Shown here piece after piece: positions 1 through 11,595 of a stretch of DNA of 64,000 nt. The position numbers and the translations under genes were made by a program. The notes under the pieces are model-generated. The model saw only the letters and a list, made by a program, of their open reading frames with translations, did no database searches and was not told where the DNA came from. This stretch comes from Eukaryota sp. TZLM1-RC (Eukaryota > Protista > Metamonada: BaSk clade): positions 496,001 through 560,000 of the forward strand of contig JAUPSS010000012.1 of assembly GCA_040285825.1 (NCBI GenBank), read 5' to 3'. The first letter of the stretch is position 1. Each line of letters begins with the position of its first letter.

Positions 1-1996
1 CATTCCAGTTATTAGGGAATAATACAGATAATTCAAACAAGAAATTCTTAATGCCTCCCAAGAACGCAGCATTTGTCAAAATGGATGAACGAGTCAAACC
101 AACACCACCATGCGAATGTGACCTGAAACAGTGAAGTGGAATATCCTTAATGTTCTTAACACTAAGTAAGTCAACCAAAAAGTTGGTTCTTCGAGACAAA
201 AACAATTTGATTTCAGGTGTGATCAAATCCGGTGGAATAGAGCGAATCAGGTGATTTACTTTAGAACTGAAGCATAACCTATCCACATGAAATTTAATAT
301 GTTTTTTCAACGGCAAAGCCTGAATTTCATCCAACTTAGCAGATGCACTTTCAATTTCCTTATGTAATGATCTACTAATGGCTGATTCATTTCCAATGAA
401 AGTACCCAGTAAATCAATACAATCATTTTGATAATCCACAAAAGGAATTTCTTCATCGTTAAGCACAATTGAATGAAACGAACGCCCAAGAACTTGACAC
501 TTGCTAGCGTTAAGTTCTAGACCAATATTCAGTGCAAGTTTACGAAGATAAATAACAGCTTCGTGTACTAAAGAAGCATTACCAATAAGGGAGACATCAT
601 CCATGTAAGCAACAACTTTCAAATCAGGAAACCGAGACTTCAACTTTTCAAACAAAGGATGTAGAGCAACACAAAAGAGAAAAGGACCAATGGGATCACC
701 TTGCTTTACACCTGAGCATGAAGGAATAGAGTCGGTGTCTAATACAAGATTCGAATGTTTGGAATACAAAAACTCGAACAGAGGGGCAACTTCAGCCAGA
801 ACAGGAGACGTTTTCAAAGACTCAAGAATTGCATTGCGCTTAACTGAATTGAAGGCATTTTTAAAATCACAAATTACTGCCATGTTATCAATTGACAAAT
901 TCATGAAAAGATCAACAGCAAGAACAGCGGAATTAGCACCGTCATACGTACCGATATCGAATTGAAAAGAACCTAAAAATTCCTTGGCACAATTTTTTAT
1001 TCTAGAAAACACAAGCAAAGACAATAATCGTGAAACAACTTCACCTATGGCAATAGGTCTAATTCCATTATTTTTCTTACTGAGAGGAATTAAACGTAAC
1101 GCAGACAACTCAGGAGGAAATCCTTGAGGATTGAGCATTATCAAATCAAACAATTGGGTCAACGAAGGAATGATTGTTCCAACAGCTTTTGAAGCAGATT
1201 TCAAATGATCAAAAGTCAAAAGGGATGGGCCAGCAGCTCTACCATAGGGACGAGAAGACAGGGAGCGAGATACTTCTTTTTCTGAAAAAGGATTTGATTT
1301 CCAATAATTAAAGGAATCCACTGGGGAAGCAAAGTCAATGGGATCTTCAAAAGGATGTTGTTTCAGCAAAGTTGAAATGGTCTCAGCATTTTGAGAAGCA
1401 AGTGATTGACTAGATAGAGAAGCCATTGCACCACTAACTTTACCATCAAGAAACATTTTTTCAAACCTTTTGCATTTGGAAGAAACAGTAGAAGCTGGAC
1501 GTGTAAGAGAAGCGTTGGACTGAGAAACTGATAAGGAATCCTTAAAGAAATTCCACAACGGATTTATGTCATACACTTTTCGGAATAAGGAATCTAGAAA
1601 GGACTGAATAGCACAACCTAATTTGAATCCTTGACGAGGATTTGGGATTGGCTTCACTTTTAAAGGACATCTCAAAGGATCAAGAAAATCAGATGAAACA
1701 GAGTTACACAACTGCACCTTCATAGCTACTTCAAAATCAGTAAACGGTTTAAAAAGAAACCCAGAAATATTCTCTTCAACCCAAAACTGTTGAAGTCTGG
1801 ATCTTAATGAGGCAGCATTACCTGAAAGCTTAATTTTAACTCCAACAATTTTATTAAAAAATCGGAGAATTTTTTTCATAACAACAACAGTAGTTCTTTC
1901 AAAGTTATTGTCAATGAAAATATTAAATTGTTCACGAGAGAGAGTTTCAATATCATCTAGAAGAGTATATATGTTATATATATACAAATATTCCAT
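1..1996 (-). mobile_element. CRE-like (RLE clade) non-LTR retrotransposon, RT-encoding ORF open to the left window edge
   Basis: Manual translation of one minus frame (possible ATG 1996 or 1879) gives GRAAGPS, LIPLSKKNNGIRPIAIGE, DFKNAFNSV, SGVKQGDPIGPFLFC, VAYMDDV, LNASKC and HGGVG. Motif anchors share one frame. The ORF track lists nothing in this frame, consistent with no stop before position 1. Confidence 0.9.
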
Positions 1997-2012
1997 ATAT
2001 TATATATTTTTT

Positions 2013-4130
2013 GGTAAATGTACCATAAATGAAATGGTGTACCATACAGCAATGTGTATTATCGATATCTTTTATTTATCTTATCGTGGGACACTTCCGA
2101 TAAGTATATTGTTAACAAAATATCGTATCTTATTTATCGACATATCGAGCCTCAAGACGATAAATATATCGTCGATAATCAAGTGGATAAGTCACAATTT
2201 TGTGCTTAAAAACAGTAGTGTTTATTCCTTAAGCTTAAAATTCCATATTATCATCACCTAAACCTTCATCGTCTTCGCTATCAACTCCAACATCCTCCAA
2301 TTCTTTCCCCGACATTAAACGGCGAACTGTTTCATAATCCCAGAACTGCCTGTTATAAAATAGGAAAAGTTGCTTTTCAAGAGATGCAGGGGTCATGTTT
2401 GGTCGTGTCGTACCATATGTCCTTTTAGCAGCACTAAAAAGCCTTTCGACTTCACAACTTGTTGCAGGAATCCAGTCAAGATCGATATACTTGGATTCTT
2501 TGTTCTTTTTCGCTTGCTGGCGCATTTCCATTCTTTTATCAAAGTCTAGGTCACTGGTCTAGACTAGCAAGTATGCCGTCAATAATATCACAATACTCTT
2601 CAGCACCCAGAAGGGTCGTGGCATCGTCAAAAGGTTGTTGGTCAGTCACTTCAAGTTCAGTTTCAAAGGGAGTAAGTGCAAGAAGGATAGGTTTTTCGAG
2701 ACCTAGACCAACAGCAAAGAAAAAATGCCTTTTATGGTACTACCATAAAAGGCGTTTTTTATAGAATACCCGTAATCAATACAACTTTATTGCCTGAAAC
2801 AAAAGCTCTATAAAACAAGCAATGGAACAGTTATAACTTAGCAGTTTTTACGTGGTCTACCTCGTGGAAGTTTCAAAGGAGGCACTTCAAATGCAGAACG
2901 ATTTCTACGGGTACTTCTAGAACCTAAAGGTCGTCCTCTTGTCTTTTTTACAGAAGGAGCAAAAGGTATGTTCTGTACGGATGTCACGAATTGGTTTATA
3001 GAAGACGTCAGAAATTGACACTGTTCTTCGGATAGCGAAGCGGAAGAAGGAAGCTCTTACGGCGTGGTATCAGTTGGAACAGGAACTTGTGGCTGTGAGG
3101 GAACTTGAATAGGAACATGGGAATGCTCCAAATGCCAGTGAAGATGGCATAAATCGACTGAGAGTTGGTTTCCGCTTTCATACAGTTGATGAAGCTGAGA
3201 TGATGACGGAAGACCAAAGTTGGATGAAAGCTGATCATTGGGAAGAGAGTCGCATTGTGATTGTGATCTTATCAATTCGTCCGCAACCAGGATGCAGATG
3301 AAATTGGGAAGTTTTTTTAAGATAGGTTGAATGAAAGAATTTACGCATTCTGGATAGATCAAGTTAATATCAACGTCTCTAGTCTTTTGAAGTTTGTGTT
3401 CAGCCACTATATTCGACCACATAACAACCGTCTTCTCCGCAATATCTGCCAAATCACCAGTGGATACTTTAAGATATCTTTTCAGAACACTGTGAATTGA
3501 TTCAACTCGAGATGAAGCCCTCTGTCCACGGTTGAAATTATAAGTTGTATGACAAACCAGAAATTTTTCCCAATAATTGTCAACCAAATCATCGAGATAA
3601 TCAATCAACTGGGGAAACATGTGGAACTCCATATCAATTTTGTTCTTTTTCTGCAGCATTGACGCGTGGTCCCCGGCATAGCAAACTGATTTCCATAAAT
3701 TTCGTACTTTGTATTCCAGATCAGTATCTCGTACGAAAGAACGGCTCTTGGTTTCTACATTCTTATTGATATGCCATAAGCATACTCCATGTTTAACATT
3801 TGGAAAAATGATTTCAATGGCTGTCGCCAAGGCTTGCTCTCGATCAGTTAAAATTGTTTCAGTGTACTGCAGAGTAGGATAAACTTTTACCACCTTCGTT
3901 TTTACAACGGGAGTTGCCTCTTTTTTGACAACAGAAAAGACAAGTGTAGTCACATGAATGAGCTACTATCAGAGCATAGCCGAAGGCAAAACAGTGTGCA
4001 TAAAGGGAGGTTTTCATATTGGTGAAACTGTCTGCCTTAAGATCAGAGAAGTTTATATATGAAGTTCAGACGAAACAGAATGTGGTACGTGAATGAAATT
4101 GTGGTACGTTTTCATTATGGTACATTTACC
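2013..4130 (-). mobile_element. Mutator-like (MULE) DNA transposon, internally deleted
   Basis: Inverted termini GGTAAATGTACCATAA at 2013 and TTATGGTACATTTACC ending 4130. ORF 3057..3953 has ILTDREQALATAIEIIFPNVKHGVCLWHINKNV and SSRVESIHSVLK. A frameshifted C-terminus TRGRPLGSRSTRRNRSAFEV lies near 2885-2950. No TSD found. Confidence 0.82.
2047..2719 (-). pseudogene. hAT transposon 3' remnant (C-terminal dimerisation domain) nested in the MULE left end
   Basis: ORF 2235..2531 has WIPATSCEVERLFSAAK...LEKQLFLFYN. TATCG-rich subterminal repeats at 2055-2180. CAG terminus at 2047. Confidence 0.8.
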
Positions 4131-4799
4131 AAAAAAATTATAATTTATGGTGTAATCAATGGTTTGACAACAGCAATGAAGGAGAAGTATGTTTTGCTGT
4201 AAAGTACAATCCTCGCACTCTTACCCGGACTTAGTATTTGTCCTTCACCAATACTCAACATGTGGAAGATGCCAGATGTGTTACCGCTGATAATCTACAG
4301 GAAGTGAACCCTAATCTTTTTGCAGACATCACTGCGTGGAATACATGGGCAGATATGTGTTCAAAACAGCAGGCGGAGGTAACTGTTATTCCAATCCAGC
4401 TGGTCCATTTTTTTGTACGGCTGATCCCCATGACACTGGTCAAGTCGATATGATGCTTCGTAAAAGAATCACGGCATTTGTTCCATCTGAGTTGTTGCAA
4501 CTGGATGTAGAGCTTCAGTCTGTTGTGGCTTCTTTTTGTGACCGATTGTTTAGAAGAATTTAGAACTTGGCACTCGGATGCTTGCAAAGACGTGCATCTC
4601 AAACTACTTGGGGAAGATCATCCGAAGCAAATTATCGAAGAGTTCTTGATGTTGAGTACCCACATGGGCTTCTTAGTACGCCAGATTCAGTCGATGTAAA
4701 TACAGTCGATGTAAACAAATAGCTTTATTAACTGTTGATGTGTAATGCTTATGTACTGTTCTGAACAGTTCTGCGGTACTTTAGGTAAACTCTAAACCT

Positions 4800-5825
4800 C
4801 TACGAGCATTTGATTTTGTATTCCAATAAGGAGACTTATGGAAATGACCATTCCTCCAACCAGCATGGTTCAATAGACTTGAGTAGTCCCTGTCATTGAT
4901 TTCAGTAGTGATTGTACAAGTTCGTAAGGACCGATACCAATCCGTCTGTGGCACTCTGAAGGAACTCTTTTTCTCAAAAGACCAAAGAAAGCTTCAATTG
5001 GGTTTGCTTCTGTGCAATAAGGGGCCAAGAGAAAATACCGTAAACCAGCTTGGCGAACCGATTGCACAAGAGGCTCAGAAATGTGGATTTTGCATCCATC
5101 AAGAACAAGCAAAGAACGAGGACCACCAGAAGTCCAGAAAAGGCCAGAACGAATTAGCGATTTATGGAATAACGCAAAAGAGCATCTACTGAAATGTGCT
5201 TCCTTAATTGTATGGTAAACCTAACCATTTCAGTCAAAAGCAATAATTAGTGAGAAGGCATTGAACCTGGAAGTCTTTGGATCAGACGCAATTGGTTGTC
5301 CCGATAAAGAATATCCAAACTGTCTGTTGAAATGGTCCGGTCTGAAGGAGAGTTCATCAACGAAGAGAAGTTGTCTATGATAAAGAATACCAACAGCTGA
5401 CGCCAGTTTCCATTCGAAGCGGCGAATTAGTGTCACCTTGGCTCTTTGCATAATGGTTGTCACTTTTTCACAATTGAATCCATGCTTAATCAGAATTCGG
5501 TGCACTGTACTAACAGATATCGAAAAATCATCGTATATTTGTACAAGATAAGTCACTCCTCGAAGAAAAGTTAGAGGGTCTTCTTTCACCAAATCGAGAA
5601 TATATTGTTGGATGTGTAAGGGAGTTGCATTAGACCGTGGCGTGGTGGTGTTGGATGTTTCTGGCGAATTTACAAGAGGGTCCAGTCCAGCGAAGTACTG
5701 CTTGACCCACCGACTAACAGTGGATTGATCGACAAGGAAAAACTTAGCCACAGCTTTTTGCGAATCATTCAAAAACAGATAAGTGTACACAGTACGTGTG
5801 ACAGTATCTTCTGAAACATGAGATT
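4800..5825 (-). pseudogene. IS630/Tc1/mariner DD34E transposase, frameshifted
   Basis: HTH (SQKAVAKFFLVDQSTVSRWV; ISVSTVHRIL), then LLFVDE, LVLDGCKIH and LAPYCTEANPIEAFFG. There are 34 residues between D2 and E. Split over ORFs 5230..5790 and 4870..5112. Confidence 0.85.
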
Positions 5826-5835
5826 AAAGCTTTTG

Positions 5836-6560
5836 AACATCAACACCAAGCAGAAGAAGATTGAAATGGAGGGGCATAGGTGTTGCAGGTGGTTGTGACA
5901 TCAAAAAAAGGCGAGGAAAAATCAAGAATCCCAATTATGCACCCAAATTGCGAACCCAGTTCGTAAATTGCTTTTCTTTTTACACTGTTGAAAGAATCGA
6001 TGAAATCTAAATTGAAAATAAAATTGTTTCCTTTGGAGTTAGATAAACAAGTCAGATGTTGAAGCAGCAACTGAAGCTCCATTATTCGTTTGAATCTTAA
6101 ATTGCAATGGCGACAAAAATTAACCAGCCTTTTTCACAATTCCATTCAAATAATTGAGGCAAATAAACGAGAGAAAGATTCACCTTCTGCAATGGGACGA
6201 TTTTTAAATTCACTCCCAGTTTTCACTGAACAATAAGACGTGCAGCAGTAAGCTCAGGTGGAGGAACGATTTTGAAAGAGTCCAATTGCTGAAAAAAGCT
6301 AATTTATCTGCAATTTCAGGTTTTTTATTGCTTGTAGGCAGTTTTTAAAATATCAAACGTAATCCCTGATGGTCCAGCGGCTTTACCTTTCGGTAATTTT
6401 TCAATTAAAGCAAGAACTTTAGAAGCATTAATTGGATTATTAGTCCAAAACTCACAAATATTGGGTTTTGGACAAGTAAAATTTTCAATTTTTCAACTGT
6501 GTCAAGAGTTAATTTAGCAATATCAGAGGAAAATAATCACTGAACTCCGTCACCGTACCT
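5836..6560 (-). mobile_element. degenerate CRE-like non-LTR RT fragment
   Basis: KAAGPSGITFD, KNRPIAEGES and NLDFIDSFNSVKR motifs with frameshifts. Confidence 0.8.
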
Positions 6561-6931
6561 TCCTCGAAGACATAGAATGGATATGATGAGCAAGGTTACG
6601 CGAGAGTGCTGGAGTCCAAAGTATGTCACCATTTCAAATGGAAAATATTACCGCTTTTTTATTGTATCGAATATATAATCTCAGTATTCAAAAACTTATC
6701 AATTTCGCTATCATAAACATTCTAGAATCTTTCCAGAATATAAGATTTGGGTTCCTGTTTTTGAACTAAAAATGTATAAAAGCAGTGAATTTTACTCTGT
6801 CATAATGTTGTAAGTAATAAAAAACCATATAATAAATTATTTAAATATTTGTAGAGATACAAGTGCATGATGACTTTTCCCTTTCTATTCCCAGTATTGC
6901 TTATATTCACTTTATTTGATTGAAAATTCTA

Positions 6932-9900
6932 TTACAAAGAAGTGGGACAGTTGAAACAAACACAGTGGAAAACTTTTAGGTGTCGCAGGAGAAAATATAT
7001 GCCAAAATAAAACACAATGAACAGTATAATTATGCAAAATGATGCATCATCCATTTCCAGTGATTCAATTGATCCACTTGTAAATGCAAGAGCAAGGAAA
7101 AATGTAGTTAAAGCTGTCCACAAACACCACCAATACCCACTTGAATGAACTCGAGCCATGAAATGCACAATAGGTCCTTTTTGAAGTTCAATGTAGACGT
7201 GTAGCGTATAATAACAATTACCAGAAAATGAGTATCCGCTGAAAGTAGAATTATTCTTATAATAAATTGAATCAATGAGCGAATCTGGCCGGTCTTCTCC
7301 GTAGTGGTGAACATTGAGGGCTCTAGAGAAATGATCAAACATAGCATTCTCGTCTCTGCTCACATATCCCCATTTTGATACCTCATTTGCTGGGAAAAGA
7401 TCGACATCATCGCAGAGAATGGAGAGAATGGGGCAATATTGTTCATCAGTGATTTTGAACCGACGAGACGCAGTTCCCAACTGAAGTAACACACGAAAGG
7501 ATAAATCTTCGTCATGTTGAAGGGTAACTTGAATGTTGAGATTGATCAATGCCTGTGCAAGTGAACTTTCAATTTTATCTTGGAAAACGTGTGAAGAAAA
7601 ACGACAATAACAAACATGAATGGGCAAATCCCAAGTTAAAACAATCTCACGTGCTTCTTCAAGAGCCTTACCATTGGGTGAAAGTCTAATTGACAACAGA
7701 GTGATTGAACAACTAACGGTAACATCAGAATGGAAAAACTCCACTTGAAACAAATAGTCACCAATTGATGACACCTTGAAAGGTACAATTGTATTTTGAA
7801 ACAAAGTATTGCTTAGTTCTGTTTTGACAGCTTCTTCTAGCATAATTTCATCAACTACATCCAGGTCATCAAAAACCACAAACTCTATAGAATAGTTTGT
7901 CAGCATTTCCATCGCATTCACCATAAATTCTCCTTCAGCACTCAGAACTAAAATCGGTTCAATTGTTATTGATATCTCCAAGGGACTGAGCATTACAAAA
8001 ACGTGATATCCAGAAGTGGACCTAGTGACAGTTGAAGATTCACCATGCAGTAACTGACTAGATACCTCATTCTTGACTACTCGTAAAATATGACTCGGAT
8101 CTAGGAGACTATCAACAGTGACTGGTGATGTGTGAAAAAGGGATATTAAAGTTTCCTTAGTTTTTCTTAAAGAAAAATGCTGTTCACATCGAAGCACGAC
8201 AACTTCAATTTCAGCTTCCTCAACTGTTCCATTGCGCTTAATGGAAAGGTCTACATGAAAAGTTTGATGATCTGAACTGGTGGCCAGAAGTGTATACTTT
8301 CCTTGAATAGACACTTCATAATGTTTCAAGGAATATAATGATGAAATGATGGTATCCATTTTTGATAAAAATTCATTTCCTGATTCCAAACAAATATTTC
8401 CAGTATCGAAAACATCGAATTCATGGCTTAGCAAAATGCTTGTGGCAAAATGGACCGCACCAAGGTCACTGTGAAAAAATAAGGGGTTCCAGACGAGGAA
8501 TGACCTACTGACATCTTGTCTAGTCAACACTATTGAAAAAGCATCATATTGCTTCTCGAAATTAACCTCAACCGTTATCACACGAGAATTGAATTCCCGC
8601 ATCAAGAGCTCCTGAATGCCGCATGTCTGATTGTTGTGATCATTAATATCAAAAAGGAAAATGGATTCTTTTGCGAGTAGTCGCTTGCAATTCCATTCTG
8701 TTCGTAACAAAATACCGCTATTCGAGAGAAAAAGCCATAGTATGAAGAACAAAAGCAGTGGTAAGCCTATAGAAGGAACTAGAATACGCATTTTGATCTT
8801 TTTTACTTGTAGCAAAAACTGCATTGAAGATTTAAAAAGAGTAAGCAGTTGGTCCCTAATATTTGTTCTGTTAATGTTGCTATCATTTGAGGTGGTGGGA
8901 ATTGAACTTGCTCGGGTATTGTTTGAGGTTGCTGGAATTGATCTTGCAAAAGTACTATTTGCATATGCTCTTTTGTCATTCTGCCCGAGATGATAGGACG
9001 TGACATTGTTTGAGTTAGAATCTGTGACAGTAGTTGAAATAATTGCATCACTTTGTTGTGTAGATATAGGGACTGATGGAGCAGATGGGATTTCGACTTC
9101 GACCAAATTCCCCTTAATAGTGGCAAGAATGTGTTGTGCTGAAGGACGATCCTCAGGATTCAATTGAATCATTGAACAAACAAGTGACTTCCATTTGAAC
9201 GGCAGCGCCTCAGTGGTGATGAGAGCAGCACCTTCTGATTTGAATCGCTGTACTTGTAGCAAAGGAGCACTTTCGGCCATCTGAGAAGGGTCCTGGTTTG
9301 TTAAAACAGCCCAAAACAGAACACCCAAAGCAAAAATGTCAGCTTTTGGACTGGCCTTGGTACATTGTGCAAGTAATACTTCTGGTGCCATATACGCGAC
9401 AGTTCCAAAGACAGACTGAGTAAGAGAAGCATCGTTAGTTCTAGAATCATCTAAATCTGCGATTTTTGCAGCAGTTATCACATTTTGACGAACTCTAAGT
9501 AGGACATTTCCAGCAGAAATGTCTCTATGGACATAACCATTCTCATGGAGGGCAGACAGTCCTGTAACCACATCCTCCATAATGATTTCTGCTTCCTCTG
9601 AGGAGATTGAGCGGTTCAAGTGGAAGAATTCTTGAAGAGAGCATGCGAGTCGCTCCTGGACTAGTCCAGGAGGGTCATGGGTAACACCATAGATAAGCAT
9701 AATTTGCTCAATGTTACTGAGTGCCTTGCAGATTTGGAAGATGCGCACAACTTCGCCTCTTACTACTTCAACATTGTGAGAAGTGAAGTATGGCCGTTTC
9801 CAGACGATTTCTTTTGTTCCGTACTGACCAATGAAGAGTTCCGCCTTAGCAGTACGGGCTAGAAGATCGGTAGAATTTATGTCAGAAGCATCAATTGTTG

Positions 9901-10117
9901 TTGGTTTTAGAACGTCAACCATAAGATCCCTAAGCTGGTAGTTGGCTGTTACATCTTCTTGTGTGGCCGCCTTCCGACAAGATGGACATTTGGGAACTTT
10001 TGCTAGCCATTGGTTAATGCAATCCTGACAAAAGCTGTGACCACAACGGAGTACCACAGGATTCAAAAGAAGCCCTCTATGAATGACACAGAAGAAGCTG
10101 TCAGGGTGGTCGGTCAT
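6932..10117 (-). CDS. RING finger - protein kinase - transmembrane protein (1061 aa)
   Basis: N-terminal RING (CVIH...CGHSFCQDC...CPSCR). Kinase motifs HRDISAGNVL, KIADLD and GTVAYMAPE. S/T/N-rich linker, TM (LPLLLFFILWLFL), large repeat-like region and two C-terminal TMs. Confidence 0.9.
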   Translation of the reverse strand: MTDHPDSFFCVIHRGLLLNPVVLRCGHSFCQDCINQWLAKVPKCPSCRKAATQEDVTANYQLRDLMVDVLKPTTIDASDINSTDLLARTAKAELFIGQYGTKEIVWKRPYFTSHNVEVVRGEVVRIFQICKALSNIEQIMLIYGVTHDPPGLVQERLACSLQEFFHLNRSISSEEAEIIMEDVVTGLSALHENGYVHRDISAGNVLLRVRQNVITAAKIADLDDSRTNDASLTQSVFGTVAYMAPEVLLAQCTKASPKADIFALGVLFWAVLTNQDPSQMAESAPLLQVQRFKSEGAALITTEALPFKWKSLVCSMIQLNPEDRPSAQHILATIKGNLVEVEIPSAPSVPISTQQSDAIISTTVTDSNSNNVTSYHLGQNDKRAYANSTFARSIPATSNNTRASSIPTTSNDSNINRTNIRDQLLTLFKSSMQFLLQVKKIKMRILVPSIGLPLLLFFILWLFLSNSGILLRTEWNCKRLLAKESIFLFDINDHNNQTCGIQELLMREFNSRVITVEVNFEKQYDAFSIVLTRQDVSRSFLVWNPLFFHSDLGAVHFATSILLSHEFDVFDTGNICLESGNEFLSKMDTIISSLYSLKHYEVSIQGKYTLLATSSDHQTFHVDLSIKRNGTVEEAEIEVVVLRCEQHFSLRKTKETLISLFHTSPVTVDSLLDPSHILRVVKNEVSSQLLHGESSTVTRSTSGYHVFVMLSPLEISITIEPILVLSAEGEFMVNAMEMLTNYSIEFVVFDDLDVVDEIMLEEAVKTELSNTLFQNTIVPFKVSSIGDYLFQVEFFHSDVTVSCSITLLSIRLSPNGKALEEAREIVLTWDLPIHVCYCRFSSHVFQDKIESSLAQALINLNIQVTLQHDEDLSFRVLLQLGTASRRFKITDEQYCPILSILCDDVDLFPANEVSKWGYVSRDENAMFDHFSRALNVHHYGEDRPDSLIDSIYYKNNSTFSGYSFSGNCYYTLHVYIELQKGPIVHFMARVHSSGYWWCLWTALTTFFLALAFTSGSIESLEMDDASFCIIILFIVFYFGIYFLLRHLKVFHCVCFNCPTSL

Positions 10118-10608
10118 GACGATTACAACAACTCAATTCTATCTTTTGATTACTGTCAATTCTGATTATAATAATCTAGCTTTAATCTAGCCTTAAAGTA
10201 TTTTGTTGATTTGGATTTCAATAATTTGTTTAGTACAAGGTCTGAATTTTGATGAAACAACAGAATGGTACAATGTTGGTCTCACTGAGATTGTTTTGTG
10301 GCCTGTTTTCTTGATGTATCCTATTTCACGTGCGTTTTCCATAAATCAACAGCTTTCCCATGTTTTTCATGAACTTTGTCATAATTTCATTTCATCCAGT
10401 GTGTTTCATTGTAACATTTAGACAATGTAGGAATTCCTTCTTCTTTGATGACTTATCCTTCATTTTTTGTATATTGATTGTATTTATATAACATCTGCTT
10501 GTACCACCTCAAAGGAGGCCATGAAAAATTCAGAGCCATGTCATAATCTCAAAAAATGGACTTGTACTACCCTTTAGTAATTAAGGAGAATTATTCAACA
10601 TCATTGCT

Positions 10609-11595
10609 TTATGTCATCTCTTCAAAACGTTTCCAATAATCACCTGTGCGTTCTCTTACACAGGAAAACCTAGAATAATGTAGTTGAGGCTTATATTTGT
10701 GATTCAATGCTGGTTTGTTAAGAGCAACAGCCATTTCCTTGATGTGATAAGGCCGAAAACCACAACATCCACCAATAAATTTCACACCCATTTGTTTCGC
10801 ATCTGTAGCATATTTTGCAGCTTGAAATCTATTAATTTGAACAGACTCAAGGGCCAATGGAAACCCTGGGTTAGTTTCCCAGTTGGTGGCATTGTATCCG
10901 ACCGGCATGCAAGCAAGATACATACCAACGGGACGAGGTACTTGCTGCACCTTCTCCATCATCCTGAGCGTCTGTTTCGGGCCATCATAACAGTTCAAGC
11001 CCACTGCTAAAGGCTCTTCACGAACTAAGCTTGCGATGTCAGACTGCAGCGTCTGGACATTGCCTCTGATGGTGACAATTGGCAACATATTCTGGCTTTT
11101 ACATGCTCTTACAGCTATTGTTGCCTCTTGAACCGACATGAAAGTTTCACACACTATAACATCAGCGTCAGTCTGAGCAGAAAGCTGTTCCTTGAATGCT
11201 TCGGCCATAATCTGATCTTGTTTTTCACGCTGGGAAAAGAACGATAAAGGCGAAAGGGCACCTGCAACGAAGATCGGTCTTTCAAATGCTGCACTTGAAC
11301 GCTTCACACCTTCTCTAGCCGACAGAATTGCTTGTTTGTTCAATCTATGTATGTCAATCTCTATTCCCAGCTGCTGAGCTTTTACTTTATGTGAGTAGAA
11401 ATTGATTACCTGTACCACTTCGGCACCACAATCAGCAAAGTCTTTGTGAAGTTGAACAACAGCTTCGGGATTGTCCAAAACCACTTCTGGTATCCATCGT
11501 CCAGCTGCCATAGCTCCCCGATTCTCCATCTCAAACATGGTTCCACCATCAAACAGGATAGTTTCGTGATCATTGCAGTATTGAAGGAATGTCAT
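10609..11595 (-). CDS. BHMT: homocysteine S-methyltransferase, betaine-homocysteine methyltransferase-like
   Basis: Zn ligands GLNC and GGCCG. BHMT-type motifs WIPEVVLDNPEAVVQLH, FPLALE and GGCCGFRPYHI. Confidence 0.85.
   Translation of the reverse strand: MTFLQYCNDHETILFDGGTMFEMENRGAMAAGRWIPEVVLDNPEAVVQLHKDFADCGAEVVQVINFYSHKVKAQQLGIEIDIHRLNKQAILSAREGVKRSSAAFERPIFVAGALSPLSFFSQREKQDQIMAEAFKEQLSAQTDADVIVCETFMSVQEATIAVRACKSQNMLPIVTIRGNVQTLQSDIASLVREEPLAVGLNCYDGPKQTLRMMEKVQQVPRPVGMYLACMPVGYNATNWETNPGFPLALESVQINRFQAAKYATDAKQMGVKFIGGCCGFRPYHIKEMAVALNKPALNHKYKPQLHYSRFSCVRERTGDYWKRFEEMT

Noticed and set aside
2013-5825. MULE, hAT or IS630-Tc1 transposases as carriers of the Fanzor genes
   Set aside because: They lie ~14 kb away with host genes in between and share no termini with the Fanzor relics.
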